Below, one piece after another: positions 25,701 through 37,086 of a DNA stretch of 64,000 bases. The notes under the pieces were generated by a model, which saw only the letters and a list, made by a program, of their open reading frames with translations, had not been told where the DNA came from and searched no databases. The position numbers and the translations under genes are program-made. How positions within the stretch are numbered: the stretch's first letter is position 1; each line of letters begins with the position of its first letter. Origin of the DNA: Pocillopora damicornis (taxonomy: Eukaryota); the NCBI RefSeq assembly GCF_003704095.1, contig NW_020846649.1:248001-312000 (forward strand), in the 5' to 3' direction.

Positions 25701-28700
25701 GTTTTCAGGGGTCGTCGAGAGTTTTCTTAACCAATAAGAGAACGAAATAAAACATACCAATGTAGTACCATATTAGTTTCGACACAATTGTAATTTTCTC
25801 AGACACTTTAGACACTGTAACACTCAATATTTTCATAATCGTTAGATTAAATATCAGTGTTTTTTTTCCACTCTCGAAGTCTAAAATTAATGCTAATTGT
25901 GTGAATGATCATATTTGACCTCCCACCAACAAACACTTAAAATTATACGCCCAGGCGACCGGGTGCTGCTACATATGCCAATTTATCACAAACCATCAAA
26001 AACAAATTATACGCTTTGACGTCAACAAAACCACTACGTAGTATTTCAGCTGGCAAAAGAAGACATTTTCCTGAGATATATTCCGATTTACACGAAACTA
26101 TACTTTTCTTGTATCCTTTAAACAAAGAAATCTTGAAGTGGAAAAGAAATTAATTGAAATAAAGACTTTCTTCCATTCAAATCGGAAATTTTGTCGTGCT
26201 TTCAACAAGGATAACAAAATTTAGAAGAAAACACGTGGGCAATTTCAAAATTATGGATCTTCCTTCGATGTTCCTTCTTTACTTGATATCTCTTCGGTAA
26301 ATATAAGAATATTTCACAGATAACTTTTTGTTGATAACTTGGCAGATTAATTTTATTATTTACTTCTAGCTCTGACATTCCTTTATAAAACCTGACACCT
26401 TGAAAACAGGATGAATGGTATAGATAAACTTTATTTGAAAAGGGAAAAATAGATTAAAGCTGGTGAAAAATGTGCCAAAAGGCCAAGCAACGTGGAAGAC
26501 AATAAACACAATACTCATTTAAAAATTGCGCAATCATTTATCATTGGAAAGCGTCAGAATTTAAAATTTTATGTTTTCTCAAATTCATGGTTTCATTTGT
26601 TTTGAGTTAAATTTTTAGTCCTCCATGATTTAAAAATAAACTAAAGGTTTCAAGAAGTAAGCGAAATATTTGCTTTACACTTTCAAAAACGCTTTTAACT
26701 TTCTTTCTCCAAAGGTTTGGAAAATCTTAATGCAAGCTTCTCACATTACTGTATTTTCAATTAGAACGGGGGCGTCATGTAAGACAGTATAGACATAACA
26801 TACGATATGCAGATTTTTTTTTTCTTTTTCAGAAATAGTACATTCTGTTTTACACTTTGTTTTTATTAAAAAGGAAAATTCATTAAACAACTTAAGTTGA
26901 TCTCTGAAACGTACAGATGCAAGAATAACTGGGATTCGGAGCAAGAAAAAAAAGGTTAATTTGCCTTTCTTTTAGTGTTGAAGGTTATGAAAATTGTTCT
27001 TCTATTTTTTGGCAGACAATATGTCAGTTAGTTTAACCTCCTAATGGCTACTAGTCAAAATATTTCGTCTTCGAATTATCCACCTTATTCTTGCGAGAAA
27101 TAAGATTTTAATTCAATTTTTAGATCCTGTCTTTCATTATTTCTTTCTAAGTCTTTTGCATTCTCTTAAAAAAAGGGTCGTGCATATATGGAACGCGAAA
27201 GCTTGTGAAATTGTTGCTTAGAAAATACCTCAGATGCAATATCAGAAGTAATCTATCAGAAAGTCTTAAAAATATCACGTATTAAAGGAGATCTTAGCTT
27301 TCAGTCGTGCGGTTCAAAACCGCGAACAGACAATATGGTGTGCAATTTGTTCAAGATTAGTCGGTTTACGTGAAAAGGTGAAAGATCCATCCATCAGCAG
27401 ACAATGTAATCTAGTTTTGATGTTTGCTTCTCGAACGATATTTTTTGTTAATAAATGAAAAATATAAGCCATTTATTGAGTGGTGTGTTGATCGTGCTCT
27501 TCCTATTAATGAAAGCCATGTTGAATGACGTACTTACCGTTCATCAATTATTGCGTGAATGGTTTTCACCGGTTCGCGTACAATCATAATGCTTTCATTA
27601 CGTCAAACACAGCTATTATATCAAACTTCTTGTTGATAAAAGAGTTTTCCGTTTGAAAAAAAGACTCATTATTATTTTTTTCGTAGAGATTTGAAAGCTG
27701 AAAAGCTATAAGGAACTTAGAAAGCCAGACGTAAATCTAACTGAAAAGTATTCACACTGAATATTAGTTTTCTACATTCAAATGGTTTCTTTTTAACATG
27801 TTCATGACAAAAAATTATATTTAACAACTGATTCCGTCTTTCATTGGAAACATGCTAATACTCACAAGGATTTTCCATTGACAAAATTCCAAGATCGGCA
27901 AAATCGGGAATTCGCTAAAATCAGTCGCAAGGAAACTTCTGAGATTTGCCGGCAATGTTTTCCTCTCTGTGCTGCGGCCAAAATTGCTTTAAAATCATCC
28001 CGCAGATTTTGCTTACCAATTTAGATTTTCTCCAGTCGTGTTGTATATAATGAGTGTTTCATATGTTTTAGATCGTTTTAAACCTGTCACCGTTATGGTA
28101 TTTTTCTCTGCGAGGGGTCTCTCACATTTTTTTTCCTTGATACTATAATTTAAAAGATTTCCCACCCTGAATTACACTTAAAACTGGCTTGAGTATTAAA
28201 ATCATGATTAGTGAATATTACAGGAATGGGAACATTTCTGGTATACCTTTTTCCGACGAAAAGCAATATTCTCCAGTGAAGATCAAAACAGTGACGTGTG
28301 AGAATTTCCGTACGACATTTCTTGAGCTCTGATGCATTCTTAAACTACAAAGTCTGTCTTTTCGACAATTTTACTCTTTTTATCTAAATTTCATGAACTC
28401 AGTATGACTTTTTCGCTGTAACTGCACCAATAAACTTCAACATTTGCCAATCATATTTTTGCAATATTCAGCAAATCAAAATAATCCGAAATGGATTAAA
28501 AACAGAAACAATAATACATAAAATGTTTAGTAAAAGATTAGTTTTCGAATGAAGCTGTTGAGAAAGTGGCTTGGGTGGAATTGTTATTAAAAAAATTTAA
28601 CTCAGCGAAAAAAAGAGTCAACTGATCTTTATAAACCAGGTTTTTTACTATTGTTTTAGTAAAATGTGATTCTTGTTGTAACGTACTTTTGTGTCAAAAA

Positions 28701-29799
28701 TAGCAAAGACTTAAAAATAACATGAAAAAAAAATTTGAAAACGAACTCAGCACGCCTTGTTATTTTCAGAACTAAAATAAAAAACCTACCCCGTGAATTC
28801 CATGGTATGTAGGCTGTCATAGCCTCTTGCAAACTGAATTTCATTGTCTTTTTAATAATGACCCATATCAGCTGCACAGTAGAGAATCGGTTTGCATACA
28901 AAAAGACACAATATACGACACTCGTTTGGTAGACAGAAGTATATTTATATCTATTACAATCGCCGCGGGCTTTTTCGCAAAATTTCGTAATTCTATGACT
29001 CTACCATTTGATTTACTCAGTGAGCTCGCTCTTCTCAATTTCGGTCTGAAACACATTATCCAATGTGTGTTTTCCCAGGGAAAATCAGCTATCGATCACA
29101 GACACGCTGAGTTTCAGTCTAATCTGAATTAACCCTTACACAAAATTAGAATTCTGAAATAATTATATTTTTAATCATAAAAAAATAAAATATTTTTCTT
29201 TTTCGCTCTTTAAAGATACTTTAACTTACCGTAAGCGTTCGAGTTGTCGTCGTAAACAACGGCTCGAAATACATAGTCCTTGTTAAATCTTCGAACAGAT
29301 TGAGCATATGATGGCGTTGATTCCTGCGAAGAATACACTTTTTTAGTCGATTTGCCTTCGAGATAAACCCTGTTTAGCAATTTCTTCAAGTTGATCGGCG
29401 AATTTCCATCTCTATTGTCTTTAAGTTTGAATAAATCCTCCATCTGTTGCGATTTACCCGCAGTTTTTCCCACAAGGGAGGATTCACGGATTTGTTCACG
29501 CTGTCCAAACAAATTCTCGTGTAGTATTGAGTTTTCATGATAAGGTAAGTTTCCATTGAAAGACTTCGATCGCTGAAGCCGCCGATTCGGTGAGCCATAT
29601 ATTCCGTTGAAATCGTTCTGAATATGAATGAAGAAGATATCAAGACCCGATTTAAAAGGAAGTCTATCTTTCGTACACATAAATACAGAAGGGAATTGAA
29701 AAGCGAAGTCAATAATAAAATTGTTTGAATATAAAGTTGACCTACCAAAATCTGAAGTAAACAAAGGAGTAGAAGGTCACTGACGACTCGGAAAGCCAT
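22752..29799 (-). CDS. Uncharacterised type-I single-pass membrane protein with a long low-complexity cytoplasmic tail, ~742 aa
   Basis: Hand model: 29799-29746 (signal-like MAFRVVSDLLLLCLLQIL), 29617-29230 (donor gtaagt), 25066-24753 (TM WYITSVAGAVILVVVVALCVHL followed by RRQR), 24224-22752 (490-codon open exon). Phases 0/1/0 are consistent and the total of 2229 nt is in frame. No family recognised; further exons in 25.1-29.2 kb are not excluded. Confidence 0.65.
24281..24465 (-). mobile_element. Degenerate tRNA-derived SINE-like repeat
   Basis: gaggaatcgaa is the reverse complement of a B-box-like ttcgattcctc. It resembles a SINE-like repeat I recall from coral genomes (not verified). Confidence 0.45.
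25148..25451. mobile_element. ~300 bp MITE-like element
   Basis: Imperfect inverted ends agcagttttcagttgagtgt / gcaactcagtcgataagcgct; internal 14-bp duplication caaccaatcgcatg. Confidence 0.5.
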
Positions 29800-32199
29800 C
29801 TTCTCTATCAACATTTACATTTTTTTAAGGCGCGTTCTAGAAATTCAATGCGTGAAAAGTCTGTATATCTACAATAACAGAGGATCGCTAAAGTCTAGTT
29901 CAGTTTGAAGGTGTCACCAAGACTTTTGTTGACGTAAATCCAGATTAAATAAATAAATTCGAAATAAATGCATTCTACTCAAAAGAAATGCTATATTACC
30001 GGAAAAATGCACAGGAAGAACTCATAAAAACATTCTGAATGCCTGAATTAAAAATAGATGACTTTCCCGAAATTGTAACACCGCAGTTTACAACGGAACT
30101 CTCGATTGCCAGCCTTGGTTTTGTTGAGATTCAGTTTTTACAGGAAATAGACTATGCTCTCTCTCGTTTATCTCGATCGTCGTATTGAATGAGTATTTTC
30201 CTTTGGTAGAAAAGAAAAAAAAAAAACGTCTGTTGAAGGTGGGAGGCGAAATCGATTATCGGTTGGGCGTCTGAGCCGGTTTATTGGCCAAACAGTAAAT
30301 GAAGTGTCAAATAAAACAATGAACCCAAACAGTACAATGCTATTATCTTTTTTTGACACGCTGTAAATTTTTAATGTATTTTGTGTCTTCGGTGAGTGAA
30401 AAACTGAATATTACATTTACAAGGGAAATCGAAGAAAACGTACATAGTGAAACGGAGAAAATTTTTAACCAACTCTTAAAATTCAAACTTTGAGAGAGGT
30501 TTTTAAAAGTATCAAATTATTCATCAAATCCCTCTCGAAAATGATAAAAAATGTTTCCTTCGCAACATGACAATTCGCGATCTTCGTTGTGGTGAAATAC
30601 TTAAAGGTGGTCTTGCTAACTAACAAATTGCGGTCCGATGCAAACATGGTAAAAGAATCATAGCAAGTTGGATATTTGTGGTTTGACAGTTGATGATAGG
30701 TCAAATCATTTCAATCTGATCTCCTATCACCCGACTTTGTCGTATTATTGGCGTATCTCTGTAGCTGATTCCCGAGCGATAGAGCAGTCGCCATTTTGTG
30801 AAATATACATAAGTTTGTTGTTTCAGAGACGATCGTGACGTCACATGTATTATTACAAGCTTTAGGTTCCGGGAACGCACCGGTCAAACCACGGGCATGC
30901 ACGAAGGGATCTTTTTTGCCGCCGCCCGCGCGCCAATTTCCGGAGCAAAATTTTAAAGGAAAACGTACATACGAAACAACTGCGATCTCGCAAAGTAAGA
31001 GAAAGAAAATCGAAACTGCTTTAAAAAGGAAAAAAAGTAGGGAGAAGAGAAACCCAAGACTTTTTGAAAACAAAGCTTATTCACGTATTGATTTACCGTT
31101 CTCTTTTAGGCTTTACTGAAAAAGTTATTCGTTTCTAAAACGCTGTGACTTACTGGCTTCAGTTGTTGTTTGTAACTCGTGTGAGTCATCGTGGTCCTAA
31201 CAGCCTGACAGCTAGTCATTAAAAACGTTCGCACATGAGCAGAAGTTTGACCACTATGATGGTTCAAAGCTCCCAGTCATTGGAGCGAAGCAGCGGGCAA
31301 TCGACAAACAGCGTCTGCGGTTGTCAGGGGAACGGACGATGGCCCTTGCCGTTTCTCAAGAGCCCGCTTTTTTCATGTTTCTTCTGTTAACCGAGAACTA
31401 TATCACATGTATCTATATATCATATTTCCTTCTCCAAATTAAACCTAGCAGAGCATACGCTAATTTAGAAGGTGAAAGGGTTGGATTTTTATCTTTTCAA
31501 CTGAAGTTCAAAAATGCCTTAAAGTTATAGTTTGTTGGGGCATAATAAGGCAGAAAAGGGAAGAAGAACCCGAAAATGTTCGAAGATGGAGACAAATAGA
31601 AAAGTTTACCGTTTAACTGTAACTGAAATTTGGGAACCATCTCGACGCTTGGCCGTGGAAGGTCTGGATACGAGACTAAGTGAAAAGTAAAGTTTTGGCC
31701 TTTTACGGCAAACTGGTGAATTTCTTTTCCTTGCGGCTGAAAGAAAATTTTGAAGATTAATTTCAGTTATATCAATAAGTTGAAAATTAGTTTCAATAAC
31801 CTGGAAAGTTGAACATTTTCACTGGTCTAAATCACATTTACGGCCTGCCTTTTACTGCTGAGGTCGGGTCAAGTCCGGAATAAAAAAAACACATACATAC
31901 ATGGATAACTAATCAAGTAATTACGGTATTATATAAGAATTGTAACATAACATCTGATTACTTCGGTAGCCTTTAGGTAACTGAGCTATATTTCTTTGTT
32001 TTAGATATCAGGATATGTAACCGTCGTAACCGCAATAGACGCGAGAATAGACACATAACAGTCGAAGATTTAAATGTTGCATCGTAATTAGAAGAAATTT
32101 CTACAGTTAACTTTAACTTTCTTGCGACTAACAGTGAAATTTACCAATTTTTACGCCTAACAGATAAACTTTTGTCCATTTCGTGACTCGTGGTTAATG

Positions 32200-32503
32200 T
32201 AGCCCGCAGAACAGGCGTAATTTCGGCGAGCTAGCGCTTAGTATTTTCTTGATGAAAATTATAGCTGCCATCTTTTTTTTTTCAACGCAGAGAAAGGCTA
32301 CGGAGACAAATTGAGGAATTTGTACCAAGAAGATGGGTGACGATCAAAATAAAGGAAAGAGGAGGAGGTGGAACAATGGAACTTTCTCAGCCTCCTTCCC
32401 CCACCGTCCACTCGAACTCAAAATCAAACATGGCCGGTCGAATAGATGATCGCGAAGTTGTAACGTTAACTCGCCCTGATAGGACGCCTGCACTTCTAGG
32501 TTA
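32200..32503. mobile_element. ~300 bp MITE-like element
   Basis: Inverted ends tagcccgcagaacaggcgt / acgcctgcacttctaggtta. Confidence 0.5.
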
Positions 32504-33278
32504 ACCTTATGAGGACCCTCGCATAGCAAATCATGAACTTAAAACAAAATTTACGCAATCAGGGGATGACGAAATTTGAACGTAATTTGCAAACTATTCA
32601 ACAGTCTTTACCGAGAAGAGGGTCACTCCCTGTTCCTGTGTGATGTCACAAAATAATCTTATTTATCTTACACTCTAGGACCGATGGGCAATTAATTTCA
32701 GCGAGAGACTTTAAATCTCAAGAATGTTTCTTTTTCCGGGATTAACTGCAATTTTAATCTGTAAACGGCTTAAATTTTCAAGGTGGCACTAACCCGACTT
32801 CACCATTGGACACGCAATGTCTTTCATTTAATTTAAGGAGCAAGAGAGTTATAGAATAATTATCAGGTTCTTTTCCGGTCCCCCTTAAGTTGTGAATCTT
32901 TACTCCGTTTTTTATGTCGTTTGTTTATGAGGATGGGTTTGTGCGGCTTGAACAATCCATCATTTCCGTCAGTTACAAGACTATGAATCTAAGTCGATAA
33001 GATCATAACAATATTTGCTAAACTTATGGACGGTTTCCTTAATTTAGTTAGTGCGGTTTATCACTGTTCTTTATAATTTGGTATGATTTGGTATTAAGGG
33101 CGTAACCGCGAGCTAATTCTATTTGTTAACTAAAAAAAAACAACAGGCAGGTTTATTCAAGTCACAACTTGGTCAGTTTGAAAAAAAGGGCCCAAGTTTG
33201 TAATAATTTGCAATCTGTTTTAATCTTATCAGTGTCCTCGGTCATCGTTCCTTTTAGTTATAGTTGCCTCTTGGGTGT

Positions 33279-33806
33279 TTAACCTATGAACTCCTCAGAG
33301 TGCCAAGCGTTTGATTTTTCCTTATAATATTACCCCTGAATCCAGCATCAAGATCACAAGAATAAAGGAAATGATCACCAACTAAAGAAGCTCTTGATTG
33401 TTAAACGAATTCTCCCTGTCAGCACCGTACAAAATGTATAGAGAACAGTATGGAGAATATGCCGACTGATGTCAGGGTGTAAATCTTTAGGCTACACTGG
33501 TAAACGGTAGAATTAAAAGGCTTTTCCCAATTACTGAAACTGGGCTAAAACGATCCAAAATGAATGCTTAAAATATGACATTTATCAGGTGATACAGTTG
33601 ATCCTTTAACTCCTAAAATCTATTGGTTATTCTTCCCCTAGCTGCCTCGTATTTCCTGCCACGTATTTCCTAGTCATGGGAACTTGAATTAAGATAACAA
33701 CTTCTACCTGATAAGTTTGCGTGTTCTCATATCCTGTTTGATGGATGATAAATGGATCTTGTAGGGAGAGGTTACATGTTGATCACCTCTGAAGGTGAAA
33801 GGGTTA
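33279..33806. mobile_element. Two adjacent TTAA-type MITEs (subfamily B 33279-33483; subfamily C 33598-33806)
   Basis: Homology to 22074-22285 and to 56606-56812; the second ends ggtgaaagggttaa. Confidence 0.7.
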
Positions 33807-34665
33807 AGAATGAACACACCGTGACTTCTGAATCATTGGTCATGACTAAGAAACTAATTTCGTTCCCTACTTGAAGTGTATTTCTTTGAGAATCTAAGCT
33901 TTTGAGAGGCAAATGATTGTGTTTATACGACTATGAGGAGTAAACAATATGTCCCCTTATTTGCTCGTTTGGACATAAACCCGTTACGTAATCAACTGTA
34001 GTCAAATCTTTGTTGGCTTTTGAACATTTGAAACAACCAGTCAGGATTCAAATGTTGATGATTATCGCTGGTTACGCTGCAGTTATGAAGTAACTTAGCT
34101 TAATTACAGCACTCGAAATATTTGGTTTTGTGTTTCAAGTGTTACGCACATATCGTGATTAATTTACACAATCGCGGCTCTTGGGCTGCCAACGACCGAT
34201 CATTCATTTTAGAAGGCAGAAAATTAAAATGTGCACGATCATGCTGACTGGTAGTCTTTTTGGTCTCCCCTTCCTTAGGGCTCGAGCCAGCAGACGAACT
34301 TATCAATTACTGAAACCTTTGGGTGTGCACTTTCTTCTGGAGAGATCTTGAATAAATTTAGAGGAAATTGGATGAGGGGATGAAAAGACTTTACTCATAG
34401 GAATGAGGAGAATTAAAGTTTTGACGTAAAACGAAATAGTTAGAGGAATCATCACGGACCAATATTTGTCATTAAGTAATTGCAATTCGAAAGTTTTGGC
34501 TGCATCATCTTGAAAAATAAGAGTATTATATAGAATATTTACGACCGCTCTTAGGAAGTGAAAATACTGTCAAATTCTCAATAAAAATACCTCACTTTAC
34601 TTCCAAAGTGCATGGCTTGTTGTCTGATAGCTTTTTGAAAAGAGGCCATTTTAGCGAGTTATCCA

Positions 34666-35140
34666 TTTCTAGATTCACTACTCCTAAGAGAATGACAAGG
34701 CTACACACTCCATTTCCGAACGTGTGATCCGAGAAGCAAAAAAAACCATGCTCAAAATGACTGGGCGGCCACGAATCCAAGCATATATATTATATTTTCA
34801 TTTCAATTCACTACCAACTCAATCCTCCCCGTGATACCGACGCTAAGCCGCAGTTTGCTTCCAAAATTTTCAGTTTAGACGTTTCTAACGACCTGCGTAC
34901 ATATTCACCACGACGCACGACCGTTGAAAATCGGCTGTAAATTTTGCAAGCAAACTGCGGCTTAGCGTCGGTTTGAGTTGGTAGTGAATTGCAATGAAAT
35001 TGCAGTATAGTGCTTGGATTCTGCGTTAGACTTGTGGCGGCCCGGTTATTTTGAGCTTGGATTTTTTTGCTTTTCGGATCGGGTGTTCGAAAATGGAGTG
35101 TGCAGCCTTGTCCTTCTCTTAGGAGTAGTAAACCTAGAAA
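34666..35140. mobile_element. ~475 bp imperfect palindrome (fold-back MITE)
   Basis: Outer arms 34666-34770 / 35034-35140 and inner arms ~34796-34878 / 34932-35000 are reverse complements (e.g. accgacgctaagccgcagtttgctt / aagcaaactgcggcttagcgtcggt). Confidence 0.85.
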
Positions 35141-36992
35141 CAGTTTACGACAAAAATGACCGCAAGACAATCGGTGCAATTACTCGAAAGAGCGAGCGGG
35201 CTAAAATGACCAAAAACTCTATTTTGGCCGCAATATGCGCCATTATACCCGAGAGAGAGAGAAGCTTATTTGATCGGTCGGAAATTGTAACATATGGCAG
35301 GGGCTCCTGCATATGGTCTTTTGGTAAGATATGAATCGAAAAACAGAAAATAATGGAATTAAATTTGGTGAGGTCGTGACTTCGCCTTATCTTTGTCCGG
35401 CCAAGATGAGGAAAAATAGGATGTGGCCGGAATTTCACGTAGGCATAACACAAAACTGAAAGCTGTGTACGAAACCAAACCGGAACTAATCTGTTTTGAT
35501 TTGTTCTAGAATTCAGCTGTGAGGTGGCGTAACTGCCATGCCTAAGGATGTCTGCTCAACAAAATATGTGGGAGCGGATACAAAATATACGCAGACAATT
35601 TCCCGATCAAAATAATATTGCCCTTTCAATATTCATTTGCTGTTCTTTATGGAAACATTTTCCAGCTGATGGTGGGCGTAACGTATTTCCTACAGGAAAT
35701 AATCTAGAAAAAGGAAGAAAGAAAAACAGAAGCCAGATAAATATTGCTATTACGATCACTCAAAATATTACCACCTTCTACTTTATAAGGAAAAATATTT
35801 TTGTTTCCCACGCACTTATAGTTTCTATTAAGAAAAATTTATGCCCCATTATTTTGTCTTAGTTCTACCAATCCTCTTTTTTAATAATTAATTTATGTAC
35901 TCTTTAATGAAACAAAACAGCTTAAAATCCTAACACTTTTTTTGGCCACAATTTTATTAATAGCTATAATGGCCTCAAATGCCCCGACTTTCTGTCCTCT
36001 AACATGTTTGTTTCTAGAGCGTATAAATATATTTTGTCTCTCATGAACTCGGAAGACTTGTCACGGCTGGTAAGGGTAAATGTCAGTACCTCTTAACCTA
36101 CCTTAGCCCCACCATCCCCTCCCTCAATTCTTGTGAGCGGAGGTGGACTGGGAAACAAGGGGTGAGGGAGAGGGCGGGGAAGTCTTACCTTCCGCGAAAT
36201 CCATAAAAGGGAGCTGATTCATTACGAACTAGATACCAGAGTCCTTGACCCAGTAACAAACGAGTCTTATCAATTAGAAATACTCTTCTTTCTGCGACTT
36301 TTATTTATTTTTTTCTTTCAACCAAAACCTCTCTGAGATTTTAGTATCTCACTGACATTTAATTTTGGGTAGCCAAATCATTCACAAACCAGTCGAATCT
36401 TGCGTAATTATGAAATTCATAATTAAAACCTTATAAAGCTAACATTTAAGAATTTGAAAGGCACAGGTTATGATGATAAGACAGTTATCGATGCGAAAAA
36501 AAGAGAGTTTAACCATAAATGCAACTCAGAGGCAAGAATCTTTCTTTTTTCCAAGGCAAGAATCTGGTCTACATAGCTCATACATACTTTGTTGCAAATC
36601 CATCCAAAATTACGGTATTTTAGGATTGCTTCAGTGTCTGATTTTTTTTTTTTTTACTAAAGATGGAGTGGTGTCCTTGTGATGTAAAATGTAACAAAGT
36701 TGCCTGTGTCCAGACACCCGCTGAGAAATTACTTCATGTTTCACCACTACACTTATAAGGAAGTTTGTTTATCGACGTTAAGTTAAAACAACGTTGCAGT
36801 GATCAATAATCACCACTTTAACTATCTCAGTTTATAATTCCAAGTGGAATGCATAATACTTCAATGAGTTAATAAATTTTATTGAAAAATCAAGTACAAA
36901 AAAACAGCAGCGCATGTTGACGACGGAGGAACCTTTTTCTCAGGCTCTCTCTCTCGGTGCATAACTCTTCAAGAATGTCAGTCTCTTTGGGA

Positions 36993-37086
36993 CTGTGTTG
37001 TATCTCGTGCGCAGTCTGTGTTTTATCTCGTGCGCAGTCTGCGTTGTATCTTGCTCGCAGTCTGTGTTGTATCTCGCGCACAGACT
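36993..37086. repeat. 23-bp minisatellite, 4 copies
   Basis: Unit ctgtgttgtatctcgtgcgcagt at 36993, 37016, 37039 and 37062, contiguous with no spacers. Confidence 0.85.

Noticed and set aside
25757-27660. Extra minus-strand exons of the orphan gene (donor-like sites near 25757 and 27537)
   Set aside because: No convincing in-frame acceptor partners; they could be alternative starts but are unsupported.
34592-35453. Overlapping ORFs of 60-120 aa
   Set aside because: Mirror translations of the palindromic element, with no splice or domain support.
36993-37086. 23-bp repeats as a CRISPR array
   Set aside because: The units are contiguous with no unique spacers, there are no cas genes, and the context is eukaryotic. 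It is a minisatellite.
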